A stretch of 64,000 nt of DNA from Acidobacteriaceae bacterium (GTDB lineage: Bacteria; Acidobacteriota; Terriglobia; Terriglobales; Acidobacteriaceae). A program made the translations under genes and the position numbers. Positions 1-8,287 of the stretch are shown piece after piece. The stretch lies in contig JASHQE010000087.1 of NCBI GenBank assembly GCA_030037705.1, positions 11,540 to 75,539 of the forward strand, read 5' to 3'. The notes beneath the pieces are model-generated. The model saw only the letters and a program-made list of their open reading frames with translations, had not been told where the DNA came from and searched no databases. Each line of letters starts with the position of its first letter. Positions within the stretch are counted from its first letter, which is position 1.

Positions 1-29
1 TTGACACCCATCATAGAGAGCCATAGGGT
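1..29 (+). promoter_or_regulatory. sigma70-type promoter for the cobalamin operon
   Basis: TTGACA (1-6), 17-bp spacer, TAGGGT (24-29), just upstream of the riboswitch. Confidence 0.6.
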
Positions 30-40
30 TAAATTAGTCT

Positions 41-172
41 TTGAAATGAGGCGGAGAAGCCGGTGCAAATCCGGCGCGGTCGCGCCACTGTAATTGACCG
101 AATGCGGTCAGGAGCCAGACCTTCCTTCATTTCTCAAGCGAACTCTGCTGTGGGACGCACGATCCCAGGAGG
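41..172 (+). ncRNA. cobalamin (B12) riboswitch, compact type, with downstream hairpin abutting the cbtB RBS
   Basis: Has the hallmark elements CCGG-TGCAAAT-CCGG (T-loop), GCCACTGTA and GAGCCAGAC (B12 box). Closing helix GAAATGAGG (43-51) pairs with CTTCATTTC (125-133). Lies upstream of cobalt/corrinoid genes. Confidence 0.92.
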
Positions 173-179
173 TTCTCGA

Positions 180-401
180 ATGGCTCAGCCCGTAGCCGGC
201 ATACTCACTCCACAACCCGTTTCCATGCCCGCCATCCCTGTCCGCGAAATTCTGCCTTGGGCGATTTTCGGCGGGCTCCTGATGCTCATTGCTCTCTACT
301 TCATCGGCGCCGAGCAGGGAGCAACCGCGCTGATTCAGGGCCATGCCGTCCACGAGTTTGTTCACGACGGCCGTCATCTTCTCGGATTTCCCTGCCACTA
401 A
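180..401 (+). CDS. cbtB: cobalt transporter small subunit CbtB
   Basis: 73 aa, one TM helix, C-terminal HEFVHDGRHLLGFPCH signature. RBS AGGAGG precedes ATG180. Confidence 0.9.
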   Translation: MAQPVAGILTPQPVSMPAIPVREILPWAIFGGLLMLIALYFIGAEQGATALIQGHAVHEFVHDGRHLLGFPCH

Positions 402-411
402 AGAGGACTCG

Positions 412-1134
412 ATGACTCGCATCCTGCTTGTGCGCGGGATGCTTGCAGGGTTCGTCGCGGGCCTGCTTGTCTTTGCATTGGCCCGATGGATCGGCGAACC
501 GCAAGTGGAACGCGCCGTCGCATTTGAAACCAGCATGGCCCGGGCGAAAGGCGAAGCGCCGGAGCCTGAGATTGTCAGCCGTAAAATGCAAAGCAGCCTT
601 GGATTGCTCACGGCGACTGTTGTCGACGGCACGGCTATCGGTGGAATCTTCGCGCTTGTCTTTGCTTTCGCCTATGGCAGGTTGCCCGTCAGGAGCCCGC
701 GCGCGCTGTCCGCAGTACTGGCAGTTTTGGGATTTGTGGCGATAGCGGCCGTACCGGCTGTTAAGTACCCGGCGAACCCTCCTTCGGTCGGGAACCCGGA
801 GACGATCGGTGTCCGTACCGGGGCGTTTTTTCTGCTGATCGGCGTCTCTGTTGCTGCGGCGATTCTGGCAACTCAGGTCGAGCGTAGCCTTCATGCTCGT
901 CTGGGCGCATGGAATGCCTCGCTGCTGGCCGTGATGCTGTTTGTCGTCGTCACGGCATCGGTATCCCATTTTCTTCCCGAGTTCGACGAGGTTCCGGCAG
1001 GATTCCCGATAACACTGATGTGGAAATTCCGTGTCGCCGCTCTTGAGATGCAGATATTGATGTGGGGCACTCTCGGATTCTTCTTTGGGTGGCTTGCGGA
1101 TAGGGAACTAAAGGCACGGCGGCTTCATGGTTAG
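412..1134 (+). CDS. cbtA: cobalt transporter subunit CbtA
   Basis: Multi-TM protein with RGMLAG, GEPQVERAVAFE and KYPANPPSVG motifs. Follows cbtB. RBS GAGGA precedes ATG412. Confidence 0.9.
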   Translation: MTRILLVRGMLAGFVAGLLVFALARWIGEPQVERAVAFETSMARAKGEAPEPEIVSRKMQSSLGLLTATVVDGTAIGGIFALVFAFAYGRLPVRSPRALSAVLAVLGFVAIAAVPAVKYPANPPSVGNPETIGVRTGAFFLLIGVSVAAAILATQVERSLHARLGAWNASLLAVMLFVVVTASVSHFLPEFDEVPAGFPITLMWKFRVAALEMQILMWGTLGFFFGWLADRELKARRLHG

Positions 1135-2167
1135 AGCGCTTTCGCTTCCTATGTTGCCAATTCGGCTGTGTGCACGGCGGCTTTTTCTTAAGGAAAAAGC
1201 CACTCGACAGCTCGGTTTCTCTCTGTGCTTGAAGCAAAAATGCTGTAATCTCCGTCAGAGCAGCCATCGGCCAAGATCGAGACGACTCTGTGGCCCCTCG
1301 CTGCGTTTCCCCGGCATTGCGGTGCTGTTGGCATGCACTCTTGCAGCGTCGGCGCAAACGAAGCCGCAGCGCATTGTGTCCACCGCACCCAGCATCACCG
1401 AGACACTCTTCGCGCTCGGTGTTGGCGACAGAGTCGTCGGAGTCTCACAATTCTGCAATTATCCGCCCGAAGTCAGGAAACTACCGAAGGTTGGCAGCTA
1501 CATCAGACCGGATGCCGAGGCCATCGCACGGCTCGCGCCGGATCTGGTGATTTTGGAGCGGAGTTCCAACGAACTAGCGGAACGGCTGAACTCGCTGCAT
1601 ATCGCGTTTGTTGAAGTTCCCCATAGCACGCTTGCAGATATTTTTGCTGAGATTCAGATCATAGGGAAAGCGGCGGGGGTTCCAGATCGAGCCGCAAGCC
1701 TCGTTGCACAGATCAAGGGCTCTCTCGACGCGATTCACTCCAAGGCAAAGGCACTGCCTTCTCCGCGCGTCGTGGTGATCGTCGACCGGCAGCAAGGGAC
1801 GCTCAACAACCTCACTGCTGTCGGACCAGACAATTATGTGAATCAAATCCTTGAGATCGCCGGTGGCACGAATGTTTTGGCAAAGCCGGGTCTGCCGCAG
1901 TATCCGCGCATTTCGCTCGAAACCGTTTTGCGCGAGAACCCCGACGTCATCATCGATCTCAGCGGCACACAGGAAACAGAAGCGGAACGCAGGGCTTCGC
2001 GAGATGCAACCATGGCCCTATGGAGGCAGTATCGTGATCTCGCCGCGGTGCGCAGCGGGCGTGTGTATGCCGGCACGACAGATTCGCTCGTTGTCCCAGG
2101 CCCTCGGACACCCATAGCCGCACAACGGCTCTTTGGCTTCATTCATGGGATCGGAGGCTCCGATTGA
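1127..2167 (+). CDS. btuF: cobalamin/heme-type ABC transporter substrate-binding protein (BtuF-like)
   Basis: RIVSTAPSITETLFALG, VVGVSQFCNYP and ENPDVII motifs of helical-backbone metal receptors. Signal peptide ends ...AASA-Q. True start is uncertain and probably downstream of 1127. Confidence 0.8.
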   Translation: MVRALSLPMLPIRLCARRLFLKEKATRQLGFSLCLKQKCCNLRQSSHRPRSRRLCGPSLRFPGIAVLLACTLAASAQTKPQRIVSTAPSITETLFALGVGDRVVGVSQFCNYPPEVRKLPKVGSYIRPDAEAIARLAPDLVILERSSNELAERLNSLHIAFVEVPHSTLADIFAEIQIIGKAAGVPDRAASLVAQIKGSLDAIHSKAKALPSPRVVVIVDRQQGTLNNLTAVGPDNYVNQILEIAGGTNVLAKPGLPQYPRISLETVLRENPDVIIDLSGTQETEAERRASRDATMALWRQYRDLAAVRSGRVYAGTTDSLVVPGPRTPIAAQRLFGFIHGIGGSD

Positions 2168-2931
2168 GCGATCTCATTGAAGTCGAGAGCGTGAGCTTTT
2201 CCTACGGTAGCCGCTCGGTACTCGATTCCGTCAGTTTTCGCGCTGGAGAAGGAGAGTTTCTGGCGCTGCTCGGGATCAACGGTTCCGGAAAGAGCACTTT
2301 ACTCGACATCGTTTCGGGTTTTCGCAGAGCCGGGACAGGCTCCGTCACGATTGAGGGGCGCAGTCAGAGCGAGTGGAGCCGGCGAGAGATAGCACAGCGT
2401 GTCAGTCATCTGCCGCAGGCGGTTCATGCGGACCTTCCATTCAGCGCCGAGCAGTTGGTCGGTATGGGGAGATACCCGCATACCGACCGCTGGTTTGAAT
2501 CGGATGAGGACCATAAACGGATCCGCGCTGCCATGGAGCGCACGTCTTGCTGGGCACAGCGGCGCCGCTCCTTTCATTCACTGAGCGGGGGCGAACGGCA
2601 GCGCGTCCTTCTCGCCGCGTGTATTGCGCAGGATGCTGCAGCTCTGCTTCTCGATGAGCCGTCAACCTTTCTCGACATCGAACAGCAATTGCACTGTTTC
2701 AGTTTGCTTCGCCAGGAGGCTCAGGAAGGAAAGCTCTGCATTGCGGCAACCCATGATTTGAATCTGGCCTTGACCTACTGCACGCGTCTCATGGTGCTCG
2801 CCGATGGCGTTATCGCGCATGACATGCAAGTAACGGAAGCGCATGAAAACAAGGAATGGTTGGGGCGCTTTTCAAAGCGCCTGGATATGGGCGCGACTCC
2901 GGCTGGTTCACCGTGGGTGTGGTATCGATGA
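2164..2931 (+). CDS. ABC transporter ATP-binding protein (BtuD/FecE-like)
   Basis: Walker A GINGSGKST, signature LSGGERQR, Walker B LLLDEP, H-loop THDLN. Overlaps both neighbours by 4 bp. Confidence 0.9.
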   Translation: MSDLIEVESVSFSYGSRSVLDSVSFRAGEGEFLALLGINGSGKSTLLDIVSGFRRAGTGSVTIEGRSQSEWSRREIAQRVSHLPQAVHADLPFSAEQLVGMGRYPHTDRWFESDEDHKRIRAAMERTSCWAQRRRSFHSLSGGERQRVLLAACIAQDAAALLLDEPSTFLDIEQQLHCFSLLRQEAQEGKLCIAATHDLNLALTYCTRLMVLADGVIAHDMQVTEAHENKEWLGRFSKRLDMGATPAGSPWVWYR

Positions 2932-3935
2932 GCGCCACGCAGCAGCTTACGTTCCTCACGCGATACAGCCTGACGCTGTCGCTCGCCGTGTTTCTCGGTG
3001 CGGCAGTGCTGTTGCCGTGGGTTGGCGCAGGGCCCATCAGCCTCGCGCGGGTGCTCCAGCATCAATCTCCAGATTACGAGATCTTTCTTCAACTGCGCGT
3101 ATCGCGCACGCTCCTCGCGCTTGTCGCGGGAGGGGCATTGTCGCTGGCGGGAACGCTTTTTCAAGCGATGCTCCGCGATGCGTTGGCTACTCCGTATACG
3201 CTGGGCGTTTCCGCGGGCGCGTCGCTGGGTGCGGTCGCTGTAATTGCCGCGGGTTGGGAGACTTTTCTGGGAGTTCCCACGACCTGGATCGGCGCGCTGG
3301 CTGGCGCCTTAGGAGTCCTTATCCTCGTGGTTGGCGGCGCCTTTCGGCGACGCCGGATTTCAGCTTTCAGCCTTCTCCTCACGGGAATCGCAATCAATAG
3401 CATCTGCGCCGCTTTCATCATCATTCTTGGCGGATTCGCGGGCATATCCCGCTCCTTCTCCATTGCGCGCTGGCTGATCGGCAGCATCGATGCAACAAGC
3501 TACGTTTCACTCGCAGTGCTGACGACAGTTGTGTTGCTAGTTTCGGCGACAATTCTGACCCAGGCGCGCAGCTGGAATTTACTCGCTGTTGGTGAACGCT
3601 GGGCAGCATCGCGCGGTGTGCAGGTGGGGGCCCTGCTGCTGCAAGGCTACGTTCTTGGCTCGATCCTGGCTGCAGGCGCCATCGCTCTTACCGGGCCGAT
3701 CGGCTTCGTCGAATTGATCGTGCCGCATCTTGTGCGTTCGCGCATCAGTCCGGATCATCGGCTATTGATGCCGTGCGCGTTCCTTCTTGGCGGAGCTCTG
3801 CTCGCACTTTGCGATGCCATCGGGCGCATCGTCATGCCTCCGGCAGAGCTTCCCGCAGGCGCCGTTCTTGCTCTCATCGGAGGACCGTATCTGGTCTGGG
3901 TGATACGCCAAAGAACATCCGCGGAGGAGATATGA
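2928..3935 (+). CDS. FecCD/BtuC-family ABC permease
   Basis: Hydrophobic. FQAMLRDALATPYTLGVSAGA, GPIGFVELIVPH and ELPAG..ALIGGPY motifs. ATGA overlap with the ATPase gene. Confidence 0.9.
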   Translation: MSATQQLTFLTRYSLTLSLAVFLGAAVLLPWVGAGPISLARVLQHQSPDYEIFLQLRVSRTLLALVAGGALSLAGTLFQAMLRDALATPYTLGVSAGASLGAVAVIAAGWETFLGVPTTWIGALAGALGVLILVVGGAFRRRRISAFSLLLTGIAINSICAAFIIILGGFAGISRSFSIARWLIGSIDATSYVSLAVLTTVVLLVSATILTQARSWNLLAVGERWAASRGVQVGALLLQGYVLGSILAAGAIALTGPIGFVELIVPHLVRSRISPDHRLLMPCAFLLGGALLALCDAIGRIVMPPAELPAGAVLALIGGPYLVWVIRQRTSAEEI

Positions 3936-6900
3936 CATCGTATCGCCAGCGCGTCATTCGTGCCGATGGCCGCACCCTGAACGTCGTGCAGCATCGAGGG
4001 CATCTCTCCTATTGCGTGACCGGCTGCTGCTGCGGCCACACAGAACGCGGTTATGCCGAAGTCCCGGTCGATGTTTATAAGGAAGAGTGGACAAAACGCA
4101 AGATCCGCAATGAGGTCCATCTCACCAAAGGCGGGTGTCTCGGCCCGTGCGCTCTGGCCAACGTTGCATGTCTGGTCTTCGATGGACGGTCAGTGTGGTT
4201 CCATTCCGTTAACAGCGCGTGGCAGGTACGACAGATCTTCGATTACATTGAATCGATGTTGAAAGCCGACAGATTCCTCAAGCCGCCGGCAGAGTTGAGT
4301 GAGTTTGTATTCAACTACTACGACTGGGAAGTGCGCAAGCCGTCCGCTCTAACCGATGAAGTGCGTACGCAACGACCAACCGGCGGAATCACGCTTCTCT
4401 CTCATGCCGACACGGATCTGCTTACGCTCGCCAGGGCAAAGGAATTCTTGCCGCCCGAACTCGAAGTGAGTTCCTACTCGCTGAATGCGCTCCATAGCGA
4501 AGACCAGATGGAGGTGCTTCTCGGCGGCGAAATCGGTCGTGCCGGCATCCTAGTGCTGCGTGTGCACGGCCCTTTGAGTTGCGTTCCGGCATTCGACCGT
4601 TTGCGCGCGCAGTGCCTGGACCGAGGCCAGTCGCTGGTGCTGATCAGCGGCACCGGCGAACTGACGCCCGAGTTCTCGCAGACGGTCAACGCGCCCGCCG
4701 ACGTGATGGAGACTGCGGCCCGGTACCTCGCGCTCGGCGGCGTAAACAACTTCGTCGAATTTTGTCATTTTCTTTCCGATCGGCTGATGCTTACCGGCTA
4801 CGGCTACGCGTCCCCGACTCCGATGCCCGAACATGGAATCTACCTCCCGGACATGGATGTTGCCACTATCGAGGACTGGGAGCGGAGAGCCGATCCGCGC
4901 AAACCCACAGCAGCGGTGCTCTTCTATCGAGCTCACCGGATGAGCGGGAATACTGCGTTTATCGATGTGCTGGCTCAGGCTCTCGAAGCGCGTGGCATGA
5001 ACCCACTATGCGTTTTTACATCGAGCCTCAAGTCAAAGGAGGCAGGCAAGCCTGCAGTTTTCCAATGGATCGAGGGGCGCACCGATGTGATCATCTCGAC
5101 TCTTTCATTTGCACTCGGCGAGATCAACACCGGTGACATCACGCCGGCAGGCGAGGGAGTTGCTTCGTTTGAGCAATTGGGCATTCCGATCATTCAGGCC
5201 ATCGCCAGCGGTATGGCCCGCGGAGCATGGGAAGGGTCCCGGCGTGGACTCAATTCGCTCGACACGGCGATCAATGTAGCGATTCCTGAGTTTGATGGAC
5301 GCATTATTACAGCGCCAGTCTCCTTTAAAGAGCGCGGAGCATCTGCTTCGGAAGGACTCTACATTCCTCATGAGGAGCGGATCGAACGTGTGGCCGGCAT
5401 TGCCGCGCGTTTGGCGAAGCTCCGGCACACGCCGAACTCCGAGCGGCGCGTCGCATTCGTTCTGACAAACTCCGCGGCAAAGGCTTCGCAGGTTGGCGGC
5501 GCCGTGGGTCTCGATACGCCGGCCAGTCTCCTGACCACGCTGCGCGCGCTGAAGAGCCGGCGTTACAAGATCACCACACTGCCCGGAACATCCGATGAGC
5601 TGATGCAACTGCTGCTCGAACGCGGCGCTTATGACGACCGCTATCTCCTGAATCCCGGCTGCGCTGAACGCTTTTCCAGAATGGCTTACCACGCACAATA
5701 CTCGTTGTTCCCTGAACGATCCCGGCGCAGGATGGAAGGATTCTGGGGCCAGCCGCAACCTCATGGCTTCAGTATTCGCCTTCCAAAACCGAAGACTGAC
5801 AAGAAGCTTCTGGGAACGCTCGCCGGCAAGATCGTATCAGTCGATCGCGAGCCGTGGAGTGACGAGCAAAGCTACCATTTTGCAGCTTTGAACTTCGGCA
5901 ATGTGCTCATCGCCTTGCAGCCGCCACGCGGGTTTGGTATCGATCCCGATGCGATCTATCACACTCCCGACCTGCCGCCGACGCACCACTACGCAGCTTT
6001 TTATCGCTGGCTGGCCACGCCACAATCCGAAGGTGGATGGGGTGCAGATGCGATCGTGCACATGGGCAAACACGGCACACTCGAATGGTTGCCGGGCAAA
6101 GGTATTGGCCTGTCCGGCGAATGCTTTCCCGATCTATTGCTTGGCGATCTTCCGCTGGTCTATCCATTCATCGTCAACGACCCTGGTGAAGGCAGCCAGG
6201 CAAAGCGCCGGGCACATGCAGTGGTTGTCGATCATCTGACTCCACCGATGACCACCGCCGAGACCTACGGCCTGCTTGCCGAGCTGAACCAGCTCGTCAA
6301 CGAGTATTACGCGGTCGAGAAGCTCGATCCTTCCAAGCTGCCTTATCTGCAGCAGCAAATTTGGGATCTTGTGCAGAAGGCAAATCTCCAGGCCGACCTC
6401 GATCTGAAGACGATGCTGACACTCGACCACGGCGATCACAAACACGAGTGGGACGACGAGTTGACACCAGAAGGAGTGCCGACGACGTTGGCCGAGATGA
6501 GCGGCAACGAAGTTGCTCATCTGATCGAAGATCTTGACGGCTATCTGTGCGAGTTGGGCATGGCCCAGATTCGCAGCGGCCTGCATACGCTTGGGCAAAT
6601 GCCGCCGCTCCCTGAGATGCTTCGCTCGCTGACCCGTCTCTCGAATGCTGGTGTACCCAGCCTGCACACATCCTTGGCCGACGCATCTGGTTTCAATCTG
6701 GCTCTGCTGATGGAAAAACCTGGAGAGCGCCTGCCTGCGAGTGATACCTTGCTCGGTCAGACCGTGCATACGAATGCCGATGTTCTCGAGGTTCTCGATC
6801 GGGCGGCTCTCGATCTGTATACCATGCTCGAAGGGCTGGGCTTCCGTGCCGACGCAATCCCCGGTGTCCAGCACGCGGTCCTTGGCCGTCAGTCTGAAGA

Positions 6901-8287
6901 AATCAGCAGTGTACTCACTTTCGCCTGTACGACTCTCGTACCGAGACTGGAACATGCGGACGATGAGATGGAGCACCTGCTCGACGCGCTTGAAGGGAAG
7001 TATATTCCGGCAGGTCCCGCCGGTGCGCCCACCCGCGGGATGGCTCACATTCTTCCAACGGGCAGAAACTTCTACGCTGTCGATCCACGGGGTCTTCCAT
7101 CGCAAGCGTCTTGGCGTGTCGGACAACATCTGGCGCGTGAAGCCGTCGAGCGTTTTCTGAAAGAGGAAGGCCATTATCCGGAAATGATGGGCTTGAGCAT
7201 CTGGGGAACTTCGCAGATGCGCACTCATGGCGACGACATTGCCGAAGCTTTCGCTTTGCTGGGTGTTGAGCCGGTTTGGAATTCGCAATCCCGTCGCATT
7301 GAGGGTGTCTCATTGATTCCGCCAGATCGGTTGGGTAGACCACGCATCGACGTTACTCTGCGCATCAGCGGCTTCTTCCGCGATGCCTTTCCGCATCTGA
7401 TCGATCTCTTCGACCGTGCTGTTTCACTGGTCATCGCTCAGGACGAGCCTCTCGATCAGAATTACCCGCGCAAGCACTACCTTACCGATCTTGAGAAGAA
7501 AAAAGATTTGCCCGCCGAGGAGGCTGAAGCACAGGCGCGTTACCGCATGTTTGGAGCCAAGCCAGGCGCTTACGGTGCGGGCATCTTGCCGTTGATCGAA
7601 ACCGGCAGCTGGAAAGACGAGCAGGACTTTGCGCGGGTGTTTCTGGAATGGGGAGGCTATGCCTACGGAGGAACCGCCGCTGGGGTCGATGCACGGCCAG
7701 TCTTTGCCGAGCGGCTGCAGACCATTCAGGTTGCTCTGCACAACCAGGACAATCGCGAACACGACATCTTTGACTCGGACGACTATTTCCAGTTCCATGG
7801 CGGCATGGTCGCCTCCATCCGCGCGCTTACAGGTGTCCAGCCCAAGGCATATTTCGGTGATAGCTCGCGGCCTGACGCTGTGCGCGTCCGTGATCTTAAG
7901 GAAGAAGCGCTCCGCGTCTACCGCTCCCGAGTCGTTAATCCAAAGTGGATCGAAAGCATCAAGCGTCACGGTTACAAGGGCGGACTGGAGCTTGCCGCAA
8001 CAGTCGATTACATCTTTGGCTTTGACGCGACAGCCCAGATTGCGCCGGATTTTGTCTACGAAGGACTCGCCGAACACTACGCGCTCTCACAGGAGATGCG
8101 GGATTTCCTTTCGAAATCGAACCCCTGGGCTCTGAACGCTATCGCCGAACGGCTCTTGGAAGCGGCCAATCGCGAACTTTGGGAAAATCCGAAGCCGGAG
8201 ACGCTGGAGGCGTTGCGCGGCGTTCTGCTGGAGAGCGAAACAATACTCGAGGCGCAGGGTGAACCGAAACGGGAGGCGGTCGAATGA
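3932..8287 (+). CDS. cobN: cobaltochelatase subunit CobN with N-terminal thioredoxin-like ferredoxin domain
   Basis: PEFDGRI, HMGKHGTLEWLPGK, NDPGEGSQAKRR, LPTGRNFY, RISGFFRDAFP and HNQDNREHD motifs. RBS GGAGGAG precedes ATG3932. N-terminal Cys cluster CVTGCCCG...GCLGPC. Confidence 0.95.
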   Translation: MTSYRQRVIRADGRTLNVVQHRGHLSYCVTGCCCGHTERGYAEVPVDVYKEEWTKRKIRNEVHLTKGGCLGPCALANVACLVFDGRSVWFHSVNSAWQVRQIFDYIESMLKADRFLKPPAELSEFVFNYYDWEVRKPSALTDEVRTQRPTGGITLLSHADTDLLTLARAKEFLPPELEVSSYSLNALHSEDQMEVLLGGEIGRAGILVLRVHGPLSCVPAFDRLRAQCLDRGQSLVLISGTGELTPEFSQTVNAPADVMETAARYLALGGVNNFVEFCHFLSDRLMLTGYGYASPTPMPEHGIYLPDMDVATIEDWERRADPRKPTAAVLFYRAHRMSGNTAFIDVLAQALEARGMNPLCVFTSSLKSKEAGKPAVFQWIEGRTDVIISTLSFALGEINTGDITPAGEGVASFEQLGIPIIQAIASGMARGAWEGSRRGLNSLDTAINVAIPEFDGRIITAPVSFKERGASASEGLYIPHEERIERVAGIAARLAKLRHTPNSERRVAFVLTNSAAKASQVGGAVGLDTPASLLTTLRALKSRRYKITTLPGTSDELMQLLLERGAYDDRYLLNPGCAERFSRMAYHAQYSLFPERSRRRMEGFWGQPQPHGFSIRLPKPKTDKKLLGTLAGKIVSVDREPWSDEQSYHFAALNFGNVLIALQPPRGFGIDPDAIYHTPDLPPTHHYAAFYRWLATPQSEGGWGADAIVHMGKHGTLEWLPGKGIGLSGECFPDLLLGDLPLVYPFIVNDPGEGSQAKRRAHAVVVDHLTPPMTTAETYGLLAELNQLVNEYYAVEKLDPSKLPYLQQQIWDLVQKANLQADLDLKTMLTLDHGDHKHEWDDELTPEGVPTTLAEMSGNEVAHLIEDLDGYLCELGMAQIRSGLHTLGQMPPLPEMLRSLTRLSNAGVPSLHTSLADASGFNLALLMEKPGERLPASDTLLGQTVHTNADVLEVLDRAALDLYTMLEGLGFRADAIPGVQHAVLGRQSEEISSVLTFACTTLVPRLEHADDEMEHLLDALEGKYIPAGPAGAPTRGMAHILPTGRNFYAVDPRGLPSQASWRVGQHLAREAVERFLKEEGHYPEMMGLSIWGTSQMRTHGDDIAEAFALLGVEPVWNSQSRRIEGVSLIPPDRLGRPRIDVTLRISGFFRDAFPHLIDLFDRAVSLVIAQDEPLDQNYPRKHYLTDLEKKKDLPAEEAEAQARYRMFGAKPGAYGAGILPLIETGSWKDEQDFARVFLEWGGYAYGGTAAGVDARPVFAERLQTIQVALHNQDNREHDIFDSDDYFQFHGGMVASIRALTGVQPKAYFGDSSRPDAVRVRDLKEEALRVYRSRVVNPKWIESIKRHGYKGGLELAATVDYIFGFDATAQIAPDFVYEGLAEHYALSQEMRDFLSKSNPWALNAIAERLLEAANRELWENPKPETLEALRGVLLESETILEAQGEPKREAVE

